The translations under genes were made by a program, and so were the position numbers. 64,000 nucleotides of DNA, taken from NCBI GenBank assembly GCA_963676795.2, contig CAXXTB010000002.1, positions 1,984,001-2,048,000 on the forward strand, read 5' to 3'. How positions within the stretch are numbered: position 1 is the first letter of the stretch; each line of letters starts with the position of its first letter. Of this stretch, positions 20,000 to 29,535 are shown piece by piece. The notes below the pieces were generated by a model. The model worked only from the letters and a program-made list of their open reading frames with translations, searched no databases and was not told the DNA's origin. This DNA comes from Geopsychrobacteraceae bacterium. GTDB taxonomy: Bacteria; Desulfobacterota; Desulfuromonadia; Desulfuromonadales; Geopsychrobacteraceae.

Positions 20000-22174
20000 T
20001 TAATCGATTATTTCTCCAGCCTGAAGAGATTTTCTTTTGCGCAGCCGCTGAGCGTCGTGAAGCCGTCTCTCCGCCAGACGAATCAGCTTCTCCTGGACCC
20101 CTGCGCTCCCCTTGCGGGGACGCGGATTGACCGGAATATAGCTGCCATCGGCTTGGAGTTCCCAGGCCGTCACGCGGTCATTCAACTGTAGATCCAGGAA
20201 CTCTTTCAGATCGCGACGGACGGCCTCGGTCGAAACCGGAACCAGAGTCTCGACCCGGTATTCCAGATTCCTTCTCATCGCATCGGCTGAGCCTATGAAA
20301 TAATCCTCCTCACCACCGTTATGGAAATAATAGACCCGCGCGTGTTCAAGAAAACGACCGAGGATTGAAACAACCCGGATATTTTCCGAAAGCCCGGGCA
20401 GTCCGGGCCGGATCCGGCAACTGTCGCGGACAAGCAGCTCAACCTTGACACCGGCGCTCGAAGCCCGGTAGAGCGCCTTGGTAATATCCGGGTCCTCCAG
20501 GGCATTCATTTTAAAGCGGATATGACCGGACGACTGCTCTTTATGCAGAGCTATTTCGCGTTCAATCTTGTCGAGCAGGGCCTTTTTGAGGATCTTGGGG
20601 GCCGGCAGCAGCTTTGTGTAGTTCCGCTTGGGAGTAAAACCGGTGGTCAGATAATTGAACAGCTCCGTTGCGTCACGGCCGATCTCACGGTCATAGATAA
20701 ACAGGCCGAAATCGGAATAGAGTCGCGCCGTCACCGGATGATAGTTGCCGGTCCCTATATGCACGTAGCGACGCAGACCACGATAATCTTCACGCACCAC
20801 CAGAATGACCTTGGCGTGCGTTTTAAGCCCGATGACACCGTAGGTAACGTGAATACCGGCCTCTTCCATCATGGTTGCCAGACGGATATTTGACTGTTCA
20901 TCGAAGCTCGCCTTCAGTTCAACGACAACCGCGACCTGCTTGCCATTCTGGGCGGCCTGAATCAGGTACTTGACCATCTTGCTGTCCGGGTCGGTCCGGT
21001 AGAGGGTCATCTTGATGGCCCGCACCTTGGAATCCATGGCCGATTCACGCAAAAAGCGTTCGACCGAATCGGAAAAGGACTCGTAGGGGTGCTGAAGCAG
21101 GATCTCCTTATTGTCTCGGATGACATGAAAGATACTGCGCCCTTCGGGCAGCAGCGGATGGGCCAGCGGATGATGAGGCGCATCCTTGAGCGCCGGCAGC
21201 TCCAAACGGTGCAGTTCCCAGAGATCCCGCAGGCCGAACATACAGTGACTGATGTAGACATCCCGCTCTTCATCCAGCCCCAGTTCAGCGGCAAGGCGCC
21301 CCTTGTGCAGCGGAATCATGTTGGGGGCAACCTGAATTCGGACGATAGGTGCGAAACGGCGATGCTGCAGCGTCGATTCGATCATCTCCAGCAGGTCATC
21401 GGCATCGTCCTCTTCCTTACTGGTATTGGCGTTACGGGTCACCCGAAACAGCTCGCTGCTGACAATCTCCATGCCGGGGAAAAGCAGATCAAGGTTCGCC
21501 TGGGCCAGATCCTCGACAAGAATGAAACGATACCCCTCTGTGCCGACGAGCTGAAAGCGCTTGGCTCCTGCCCCGACAGGAATCTTGACCCGCGCCATCG
21601 CCAGGGTGGTCTCTCCCGGATAGCGCAGGGTGACGAACAGGTTCAGCGACAGGTTGGAGACAAAGGGGAACGGGTGCGCCGGATCAACCGACTGTGGCGT
21701 CATCAGCGGAAACAGGTTGTCATAGAAATGATCGTCGAGCTGCTGCTGTTCCTCTGCTGAAAGCTCCGCGTAAGTCAGCACCTCGATGCCACTTTTCTTC
21801 AGATCCGCCATCAGCTCCCTGAAGATCCGATTTTTCCTCTCCTCGTAATCACCGAAATTACTGCGACACTCGTCGATCTGCTGACGGGGTGTCCGCCCGT
21901 CGACGGTCATATCCTGTATCCCGGCGGCGATCTGCTGCTTCAGACCGCCGATCCGTTTCATGAAAAATTCATCGATATTCGACCCGGCAATCGCCAGAAA
22001 CTTGACCCGCTCGAGCAGAGGGTTTCTCTCACTGGCCGCCTGGCTGAGAACCCTGTCGTTAAACTTCATCCAGCTCAGTTCCCTGTTGTTGAACAGCGTG
22101 GGATCGGTCAGATCAAACGGGCCTATCTTGAGATTTTCATCACTTTTTGCATCCTGAGCCGGACTGGCAGTCAT
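20000..22174 (-). CDS. ppk1: Polyphosphate kinase 1
   Basis: NRELSW, HPFPF, HPYESF, IKMTLYRT, LKTHAK, TGNY, RFLEHAR. Confidence 0.96.
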   Translation of the reverse strand: MTASPAQDAKSDENLKIGPFDLTDPTLFNNRELSWMKFNDRVLSQAASERNPLLERVKFLAIAGSNIDEFFMKRIGGLKQQIAAGIQDMTVDGRTPRQQIDECRSNFGDYEERKNRIFRELMADLKKSGIEVLTYAELSAEEQQQLDDHFYDNLFPLMTPQSVDPAHPFPFVSNLSLNLFVTLRYPGETTLAMARVKIPVGAGAKRFQLVGTEGYRFILVEDLAQANLDLLFPGMEIVSSELFRVTRNANTSKEEDDADDLLEMIESTLQHRRFAPIVRIQVAPNMIPLHKGRLAAELGLDEERDVYISHCMFGLRDLWELHRLELPALKDAPHHPLAHPLLPEGRSIFHVIRDNKEILLQHPYESFSDSVERFLRESAMDSKVRAIKMTLYRTDPDSKMVKYLIQAAQNGKQVAVVVELKASFDEQSNIRLATMMEEAGIHVTYGVIGLKTHAKVILVVREDYRGLRRYVHIGTGNYHPVTARLYSDFGLFIYDREIGRDATELFNYLTTGFTPKRNYTKLLPAPKILKKALLDKIEREIALHKEQSSGHIRFKMNALEDPDITKALYRASSAGVKVELLVRDSCRIRPGLPGLSENIRVVSILGRFLEHARVYYFHNGGEEDYFIGSADAMRRNLEYRVETLVPVSTEAVRRDLKEFLDLQLNDRVTAWELQADGSYIPVNPRPRKGSAGVQEKLIRLAERRLHDAQRLRKRKSLQAGEIID

Positions 22175-22442
22175 TCTCTGTCTCCATAAAAATTGTGAAT
22201 ACTTACAGCTTCAACAAAATTAAACTATACCAAACGATTAACAATAATAGAGAAATATGAGCTTTATGTTAGCGTTAACAGGTAACGACATTTTTTTACG
22301 CGGTTTTACCTGACAGCGTTAAAATCCGCGACAAGACATTGAACTTTCTAAGATACGGCAGTATAAGAACAGCAGCAGAACGGAACCATCTCTCTAACAA
22401 AATTGGGGGCATTGCTCCGCAACCCCACTGGAAGTTGACTGC

Positions 22443-24014
22443 ATGGACAAAAAAACAACTCCCGAACCGCCTGAAAAACCACGCCGCTTTTCCGCAATCG
22501 ATATTGGGACCAACTCGATTCGCTGCATTATCGTTGAAACAGACAGTCTGGGCGGATTCCGCGTTCAAGGTGATGAGAAAGCCATGGTGCGCCTCGGCCA
22601 GGGGCTCAACGAAACCGGAATGATTTCCCCGGCCGCCCAGGAAAGAGCTATTGAAGCGCTCAAGCGCATGGCCCAGATCAGCGTCGGACTGGGCGCCGAA
22701 ATTGCCGCCGCAGTCGCCACCTCTGCCGTGCGCAAAGCCGTAAACCAGACGGAATTCCTGGCCAGCGTCAAAGACGAAACAGGGCTCGAGATCTCGGTTA
22801 TCTCCGGCGAGCAGGAAGCCGAACTGGCCGCACTGAGCGTTCAGCACAATTTTGCCACGGGGCAGCAGCGCTTCGGGGTCGCCGATATCGGTGGCGGCAG
22901 CGTCGAGATCGTCGTTTCCAGCGGAGGCCATACCGAATGTGTCGAGTCCCTGGAGTTGGGTGCTGTCTTTCTGACGGAAAAGTTTCTCCACAGCGACCCC
23001 TTTACCGAAGAGGAGCTGAAACAGCTGCGCAAATATATCCGCAAGCAGCTCAAACATGTCGACATCGGTGACGGCCTCCCGGTTTCATGCCTGATCGGCT
23101 CAGGCGGCACCATGACCAACATCGGCACCATGGTCATGGCCATGCGCGGCGAGCAGTACGACTCGGTACATCGCTACGAGATACTCCATTCGGAAATCAT
23201 CCACCTGCTCGCCATGCTCTCGCGCAAAAGCCACAAGGAACGGCTGAGCATCGCCGGACTGAACCCGGAGCGGGCCGATATCATCATCGCCGGCATGATC
23301 CTGACCGATGAACTGATGCGCCGGATGCACACCAATCTGCTGCGGATCAACGCGCAAGGGATCCGCGAAGGGCTGATCCTGCAGAGCCTGCAGAAAAAGG
23401 GGTTGCTGCCGAAGATCAAGCAGGATCGCAACTGGAGAGCGGCCATCATCAAGTTTGCCCGCTCCTGCCGTTTCGACGAGAGCCATTCGACCCAGGTCTG
23501 CACCCTGACCCTGGCCATATTTGCCGCACTGGCCAGGGACCACAAGCTGACCGAACGCCACCAGAACCTGCTTGAGGCGGCGGCCCTGCTCCATGACATC
23601 GGCTACTTCATCAGCTACGACAGTCATCACAAGCACTCCTACCACCTGATTCGTCACGCCAACCTGTTCGGCTTCACCCCACGGGAACGTGAAATCATTG
23701 CCAACCTGGCGCGCTACCACCGCAAATCGCTCCCCAAAAAGAAGCATGAAAACTTTGCCTGTCTGAGCGATGAGGACAAAACCCTGGTGCGCAAACTCGG
23801 AGGTATCCTGCGCCTGGCAGACGGCCTTGATCGCAGGCGTAACCGCCAGGTCGCTGACATCCGGTGCCATTACGCTTCAGACAAAAAACGATTTGAACTC
23901 AGCCTGACCGGAGCGGGCGACCTTTCTGTCGAAGTTTATGGTGCAGAAAGCAAGGGGGACCTCTTCTGTCAGGCGTTTGACTGCGAACTCATAGTCACAA
24001 CGGTGCAACCATGA
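22443..24014 (+). CDS. ppx: Exopolyphosphatase Ppx/GppA with C-terminal HD domain
   Basis: AIDIGTNSIR, ATSAVR, DIGGGSVE, GIREG, LLHDIG. Confidence 0.95.
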   Translation: MDKKTTPEPPEKPRRFSAIDIGTNSIRCIIVETDSLGGFRVQGDEKAMVRLGQGLNETGMISPAAQERAIEALKRMAQISVGLGAEIAAAVATSAVRKAVNQTEFLASVKDETGLEISVISGEQEAELAALSVQHNFATGQQRFGVADIGGGSVEIVVSSGGHTECVESLELGAVFLTEKFLHSDPFTEEELKQLRKYIRKQLKHVDIGDGLPVSCLIGSGGTMTNIGTMVMAMRGEQYDSVHRYEILHSEIIHLLAMLSRKSHKERLSIAGLNPERADIIIAGMILTDELMRRMHTNLLRINAQGIREGLILQSLQKKGLLPKIKQDRNWRAAIIKFARSCRFDESHSTQVCTLTLAIFAALARDHKLTERHQNLLEAAALLHDIGYFISYDSHHKHSYHLIRHANLFGFTPREREIIANLARYHRKSLPKKKHENFACLSDEDKTLVRKLGGILRLADGLDRRRNRQVADIRCHYASDKKRFELSLTGAGDLSVEVYGAESKGDLFCQAFDCELIVTTVQP

Positions 24015-24508
24015 AGAGGCTCACCCTGATCCGTCACGCCAAGTCCGATTGGACGGATCCGGATCTCGACGACTTTGAACGCCCGCTCAACCCGCGCGGC
24101 AAAAAGGCAGCCCCACAGATGGGTGCCCGGATATTTCAGCGGGGGATCATTCCGGAGCTGATTGTCGCCAGCAAGGCGAAACGCGCCAAGAAAACCGCGC
24201 AGCTCATCGCCCGGGAACTCGACATCCATCCCGCCACTGTCATTCTCAAGAAAAAACTCTATGCGGTCCGCCTCGATGATCTGCTCCAGGAGGTCAGACG
24301 GCTTCCCGATGTCAACCACATCGCCCTGGTCGGCCACAACCCGGAACTGAGCGAACTCGCCCAATGGCTCTGCACAGACAGCCCCGAATGGCTGCCAACT
24401 TGCGCGGTCCTGACCCTGGAGCTGAATATCGGCCAATGGCCAGACATTTCACCGGAATGTGCTAGACTCGTAGAATACGACTACCCGAAAAAACGCAACA
24501 ATATCTGA
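24011..24508 (+). CDS. sixA: SixA-type histidine phosphatase
   Basis: LIRHAKS, RPLNPRG, VGHNP; ATGA overlap with ppx. Confidence 0.88.
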   Translation: MKRLTLIRHAKSDWTDPDLDDFERPLNPRGKKAAPQMGARIFQRGIIPELIVASKAKRAKKTAQLIARELDIHPATVILKKKLYAVRLDDLLQEVRRLPDVNHIALVGHNPELSELAQWLCTDSPEWLPTCAVLTLELNIGQWPDISPECARLVEYDYPKKRNNI

Positions 24509-24530
24509 TTCTTACCCAGAAGGGGGGGGC

Positions 24531-25379
24531 ATGGCAAAAGGAAACGGAAAGAAAGAGAACCGCAAGTTTGATCGTGCCAGTCAGACCCGCATCACGCCGG
24601 AACGGACCATCAGCAACAAAGACTATGAACAGGCTCTCGGCAAGCTGCAGGTCGAACTGGTCAAGCTGCAGGAATGGATCAAGGCCAGAAAACTCAAGGT
24701 CGTCATCATCTTCGAAGGACGCGATGCGGCAGGCAAAGGGGGCTGCATCAAACGCATCACCGAATGCATGAATCCGCGTACGGCCAGGATTGTCGCCCTC
24801 CCCACTCCGACGGAGCGGGAAAAAACCCAGTGGTATTTTCAACGCTACACACAACACCTACCGGCCGGTGGAGAGCTGGTTCTTTTCGACCGTAGCTGGT
24901 ACAACCGCGCCGGGGTGGAAAAGGTAATGGGCTTCTGTAGTGAAGAGGATTACCGCGAGTTTCTGCGCTCCTGCCCCGAATTTGAACGAATGCTGGTGCG
25001 CAGCGGCATCATCCTGATCAAGTACTGGTTCTCCATCTGTAACGAAGAACAGGAAAAGCGTTTCCAGGCCCGCAACAACGAACCGACCAAACGCTGGAAG
25101 CTCAGCCCGATGGACCTCGAATCGCGGGCCCGCTGGGTTGAGTATTCGATGGCCAAGGATCAGATGTTCGCCCATACCGATATCAAGCAGGCCCCCTGGT
25201 ACGTGGTTGACGGCGACAACAAAAAACGCGCCAGGCTGAATGTCATCAGCCACCTGCTCAGCCTGTTTGAATATGAGGACCTGACACCACCACCGATCAA
25301 GATGCCGTCCCGCCCGCCGGAGATCGGCTATGTCAGGCCGCCGCTCTCCGAGCAGACCTTTATTCCTGAGATCTATTGA
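24531..25379 (+). CDS. ppk2: Polyphosphate kinase 2
   Basis: FEGRDAAGKGG, WYFQRY, FDRSWYNRAGVE, WKLSPMD. Confidence 0.96.
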   Translation: MAKGNGKKENRKFDRASQTRITPERTISNKDYEQALGKLQVELVKLQEWIKARKLKVVIIFEGRDAAGKGGCIKRITECMNPRTARIVALPTPTEREKTQWYFQRYTQHLPAGGELVLFDRSWYNRAGVEKVMGFCSEEDYREFLRSCPEFERMLVRSGIILIKYWFSICNEEQEKRFQARNNEPTKRWKLSPMDLESRARWVEYSMAKDQMFAHTDIKQAPWYVVDGDNKKRARLNVISHLLSLFEYEDLTPPPIKMPSRPPEIGYVRPPLSEQTFIPEIY

Positions 25380-26055
25380 TCCGGGCACTCACCTCCGATG
25401 CGCCGTCATCATGTAGTTCAACGACGGTCATCGGAGACCCCGGAGGGCCGCTCGGCCCTTCATAGCGGACAAAGACCCCATCGTTTTTTCGTAACCAGTA
25501 GGAACTGCTCCAGAACTTTGCTCTGAGACCGGTCAACCGGATCTTCAACTTCAGGGTGGCGATCGTCTCGCCCTGTATTGTCAGCTGCTCCTCACCGACC
25601 AAATTCACCTGCATCCGGTAGACATCCAGGGTGTCAGGACGCACGCTCCAGAACTCCTGACGCTCGCCCTCCCCTTCGTGGTACAACCTTAGAGCGTATG
25701 ACAGAGCCTGATACCAGGGGGAATCATCGATATCAACGCTCTTTTCAAGAGCTTCCCCACGAAAAACCCCGGCAAAGATCAACCTGTTTTCCTCTCTGCG
25801 AACTTCGAGGCGAGTCTGTGTCTCGGGATCGTCCACAGTCCATCTGTGGGTCGCATAATCGCCATCAAAATAGGTGACATCCAGTTCGGGACCGATCGTT
25901 GTGGTCAGCTCCGAATTATCAACAGCCAGCAACGACCAGCTGAGCAGAACCTCTTTGTCACCGGTGGTCTGCCGGTAGATATGCTGTTCGGCAAAACACA
26001 GCTGTGGCACCAGAACAATCAGTGCCATTAAGAAGATACACACGAATCTAAACAT
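25360..26055 (-). CDS. Exported hypothetical protein (beta-rich)
   Basis: Signal peptide MFRFVCIFLMALIVLVPQLCFA; 231-aa ORF; overlaps the ppk2 3' end by 20 nt. Confidence 0.65.
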   Translation of the reverse strand: MFRFVCIFLMALIVLVPQLCFAEQHIYRQTTGDKEVLLSWSLLAVDNSELTTTIGPELDVTYFDGDYATHRWTVDDPETQTRLEVRREENRLIFAGVFRGEALEKSVDIDDSPWYQALSYALRLYHEGEGERQEFWSVRPDTLDVYRMQVNLVGEEQLTIQGETIATLKLKIRLTGLRAKFWSSSYWLRKNDGVFVRYEGPSGPPGSPMTVVELHDDGASEVSARINRSQE

Positions 26056-26308
26056 AAAACCTTCCCGCAGACAGGTCATCTTTCAAAAGCAAAGTCCACA
26101 ATCAACAGTTGAGCATAACCCATTATCAAAACAGCTGACCATCAATAAACTTGTACTATCACCGGTAAATACCAGGATTGTGTGAGGCCCGCCCCTGACA
26201 TTCCTCTAACATATTGTTAGAAATCGGGCCGCCCATTGCACTTTATTTGCGGAACTGCTATGGATTACTTACCGAGATTACAATAACTTACAATAAGTTC
26301 GTTCACTA

Positions 26309-27832
26309 TTGACGACCATGGCATACTTACAATATTGGCAAATAGATCAACAGCCCTCTGATCAGGAGCTTGAAATATGTCTGCCGGACGGCTGGTACTT
26401 CGAGCTGATCGACGAATCTGAGCGCAACCTTGAAGTCCTCGATTCAGCTGACTGGAGAATCTGGAAAAAAGATCAGCTGCTGATCCGTGAGCACAATCAA
26501 CTGACCCTGTATTCTAACGGAGAGATTCTGGCTACGGCAAGGTACAGAGCCAGGGACCGCTTCTGGTGGCAGCTTGCTGCCTCCCCGCTTGGAGCTGCAC
26601 TCAAGGAGCTGCTCGGGCTGCGTGCCTTTGTCAAACAACATCATCTCCGTCTGCATGAGACCCATTTCAATCTTCTCAACGAAGATACGAAAATCATCGC
26701 CAGAATCAGCCTGATCAGGTCCGCCGGCTCTGAACGCAGCTATTTGGGCCTGGAGACCCTGCGCGGCTATGAAAAGGAAAGCGCAGTATACCTGCAGGGG
26801 CTGAACCATCTACCTCTGAGCCCCTTGACAGATCTGGCCCTGCGCCACCTGGCCAGCGCGACCGGCATCGACCAGCTCATCGGCAACAAACTGAAACTGC
26901 CATACCAGCTCACAGCGACGGATCCTGCAGAAATCGCGGTCTGCGGACTGGCCGAGAACATGCTGACTGTCGCCGTAACCCAGGAACGGGGAATCATCGA
27001 CGACATCGACACGGAGTTTCTCCATCACTACCGGGTCCAACTGAGAAAAGCCAGGTCCCTGATAAGTCTCTGTAAAAACGCCCTGAGCAAAGAACGCTCA
27101 AGGAGGCTGAAAGATGAACTTAAGATTCACGCAGTCAGAACAAACAGACTGCGCGACCTCGATGTCTTCCTCCTCGACAAGGACCACTACCTGCAACTGC
27201 TGCCAAAGGAGCTGCACCACGGCTTCAGGCAGCTGTTTCAGAAGATCAGGAAGAGGCGGACAAGAGCCTGGAAATCGGTCGCGGACTCGCTCTTAAGCGA
27301 AGATTACCGGGCACAGATCAAAGAGCTGTTCAAGCAACTGCGTCAGCCCCCGGAACTGTCGGCCAAGGAATCAGGAAGCGACATCCTCTCCCTGGCCAGC
27401 CGCAAGATCGACCGCCAGTACCGTAAGATTCTCAAAGACGGGGGCTGTATTTCCGACCACACCCCGGACGAAGAGGTCCATGAGCTGCGCATCGAGTGCA
27501 AAAAACTACGCTACCTGCTGGAATTTTTCAGCGAGCTGTTCCCGGACAAAGAGCTGAAACAACTCGTCAGGCAACTGAAAAAACTGCAGGACAATCTCGG
27601 CCGCTTCAACGATTATTCCGTCCAGCAGGAATTTCTCCTCGAGCTGGCCCGGGACCACCAGCTCCCCGGGGAGCAGCTGGCCAGCATTAACGGACTTATC
27701 GCCGTTCTTTTCAATATGCAACGCATTGAACGCACCCGGGTAGTTGCCAATATCCAGGAGTTCAGTGCGCCAGCGGTACAGGAAAAATTCACCGCACTTT
27801 TCACCAATCCAGAACAGGATCAGATGTCATGA
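26309..27832 (+). CDS. CHAD-domain (polyP-binding) protein with N-terminal extension
   Basis: EFLHHYRVQLRKARS, RDLDVF, VHELRIECKKLRYLLE, LQDNLGRFND; start may be ATG 26318. Confidence 0.9.
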   Translation: MTTMAYLQYWQIDQQPSDQELEICLPDGWYFELIDESERNLEVLDSADWRIWKKDQLLIREHNQLTLYSNGEILATARYRARDRFWWQLAASPLGAALKELLGLRAFVKQHHLRLHETHFNLLNEDTKIIARISLIRSAGSERSYLGLETLRGYEKESAVYLQGLNHLPLSPLTDLALRHLASATGIDQLIGNKLKLPYQLTATDPAEIAVCGLAENMLTVAVTQERGIIDDIDTEFLHHYRVQLRKARSLISLCKNALSKERSRRLKDELKIHAVRTNRLRDLDVFLLDKDHYLQLLPKELHHGFRQLFQKIRKRRTRAWKSVADSLLSEDYRAQIKELFKQLRQPPELSAKESGSDILSLASRKIDRQYRKILKDGGCISDHTPDEEVHELRIECKKLRYLLEFFSELFPDKELKQLVRQLKKLQDNLGRFNDYSVQQEFLLELARDHQLPGEQLASINGLIAVLFNMQRIERTRVVANIQEFSAPAVQEKFTALFTNPEQDQMS

Positions 27833-28584
27833 AGATTGTCGCCCTCTATTCGATCAAGGGAGGCGTAGGTAAAACGGCCTCTGCCGTCAACCTGGCCTAC
27901 TGGGCCGCCCGTTCCGGCCAGCGCACCCTGCTGCTCGATCTCGATTCCCAGGGCGCCTCGTCTTTTTACTTCAGGGTCAAAAGCGGCGACAAAAAGGACT
28001 GGGGCAAGCGTTTCTTCAAAGCATCTTCGCAACTTGCCAAACAGATCAAGGCCAGTGATTTTCCGGGACTGGACATCATCCCTGCCCACCTGTCTTTCCG
28101 AAATTTCGATATACTCCTGAGGGATCTGGGGGACAAAAAAAATCGCCTGGGAAAAGCGCTGGATGAGCTCAAGGAGGAATATGACCTGATCATTCTCGAC
28201 TGTCCGCCGACAATCAGCCAGCTGGCCGAGAATATCTTCAGTGCTGCCGACCTGGTCCTGGTCCCGGTTATTCCGACAACCCTGTCCGAACGGACCTTTG
28301 ATCAGTTGAATGAATTTTTCAAGGAAGAGGACTACAAGAAAAAAAGGCTGATCCCCTTTTTCACCATGGTTGACGGGCGTAAACAGCTGCACCGCGTGAC
28401 CGCCGAAACCATGCGCAAAAAGAACAAGCGGTTCCTTTACAATGCGGTCCCCTTTTCGACCGACGTTGAAAAAATGGGAGTCCACCGCGCTCCTGTGAAT
28501 CAGTTCGCCAGGTCGAGCATCGCCAACCGGGCCTACCTGGCCATCTGGCGCGAGGTGGAAAACCTGCTCAAGGTGGATGATTGA
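27829..28584 (+). CDS. ParA/MinD-family ATPase (no parB nearby)
   Basis: Deviant Walker A KGGVGKT, LLLDLDSQG, IILDCPP; ATGA overlap with the CHAD gene. Confidence 0.93.
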   Translation: MKIVALYSIKGGVGKTASAVNLAYWAARSGQRTLLLDLDSQGASSFYFRVKSGDKKDWGKRFFKASSQLAKQIKASDFPGLDIIPAHLSFRNFDILLRDLGDKKNRLGKALDELKEEYDLIILDCPPTISQLAENIFSAADLVLVPVIPTTLSERTFDQLNEFFKEEDYKKKRLIPFFTMVDGRKQLHRVTAETMRKKNKRFLYNAVPFSTDVEKMGVHRAPVNQFARSSIANRAYLAIWREVENLLKVDD

Positions 28585-29057
28585 TGGGTGTCGAGATCGA
28601 ACGAAAGTTCCTCATCACAACCCTGCCACAGGGCCTGCTTAACGGCGTGGCGGGTGAAGAGATCCTCCAGGGCTACCTGATCTGCGACGATTCCCGGGAA
28701 CTGCGCCTGCGCAAAAGAGCCGGGCGGTACCTGATGACGGTCAAGAGAGGAAGCGGCCTCACCCGCATGGAAGAGGAGCAGCCTATCGACCGGCAACTGT
28801 TCGACATGCTCTGGCCCCTGACGGAAAACAGGCGAATTGAAAAAGTCCGTTACTGCCTGCAGCACGGAGAGCATCTTCTTGAAATCGATATTTTCAAAGG
28901 GGCTCTGGCACCACTGATTCTGCTTGAAGTTGAATTTGCTGACGCAGCCGCCAGCGCCGACTTTAAGGTCCCAGGTTTTATCGAAAAAGAAGTGACCGAC
29001 GATAAAAACTGCAAAAACTCGCAACTGGCGAACCGGCATATTTCTGACAAACTGTGA
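28584..29057 (+). CDS. CYTH-domain (triphosphate tunnel metalloenzyme) protein
   Basis: EIERKFL, QGYL, RLR, IEKVRY, EIDIF, EVEF. Confidence 0.92.
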   Translation: MGVEIERKFLITTLPQGLLNGVAGEEILQGYLICDDSRELRLRKRAGRYLMTVKRGSGLTRMEEEQPIDRQLFDMLWPLTENRRIEKVRYCLQHGEHLLEIDIFKGALAPLILLEVEFADAAASADFKVPGFIEKEVTDDKNCKNSQLANRHISDKL

Positions 29058-29095
29058 ATGACTGGCATTCACCATTCAACCTCGGGGGTACACAG

Positions 29096-29416
29096 ATGGC
29101 AACTGACATTGAAAAGGTTTCCGGTATCGGTCCTGCGACCGCTGCATTCCTCAGATCTCAAGGGATCTCAAGCGCGGAAGACCTGGCCGGTATAACAGTG
29201 GAACAGGTCGCCGCTCTGAAAGGATTCAGCACCTCTCGCGCTGGGCTGGTCATCACTGCGGCCAAAGAGCTGCTGACTGCTGCTGCCAACGACAGTGCAG
29301 ACGAGCCGGCAGCAGGCACAAAAGAGAAGAAAAAGAAGGATAAAGACAAGAAGAAAGATAAAAAGAAGGACAAGAAGAAGGATAAGGACAAAAAAAAGAA
29401 AAAGAAGAAAAAATAG
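29096..29416 (+). CDS. Helix-hairpin-helix protein with poly-Lys/Asp tail
   Basis: Two HhH motifs (VSGIGP, LKGFS); last 31 aa are 24 K, 6 D and 1 E; RBS GGGGG before ATG 29096. Confidence 0.8.
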   Translation: MATDIEKVSGIGPATAAFLRSQGISSAEDLAGITVEQVAALKGFSTSRAGLVITAAKELLTAAANDSADEPAAGTKEKKKKDKDKKKDKKKDKKKDKDKKKKKKKK

Positions 29417-29481
29417 AGTCTGGTTATTATTCAAGAAGAAATTAGGAGACAATGAGAGGAATGTAAGGTTCTTGCTAACAA

Positions 29482-29517
29482 TGTAAAAAGGCCGATAGAG
29501 CTACCGGCCTTTTTACA
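29482..29517. terminator. Bidirectional terminator
   Basis: TGTAAAAAGGCCG-N10-CGGCCTTTTTACA. Confidence 0.85.
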
Positions 29518-29535
29518 CCTGACAGACAGATCGAC

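Noticed and set aside
27829..28584. Chromosome-partition Soj/ParA
   Set aside because: No parB or origin-region genes nearby; it is embedded in a polyP-related operon
29321..29413. DNA microsatellite or phase-variable tract
   Set aside because: Synonymous codons are mixed and the frame is intact; the repeat is at protein level
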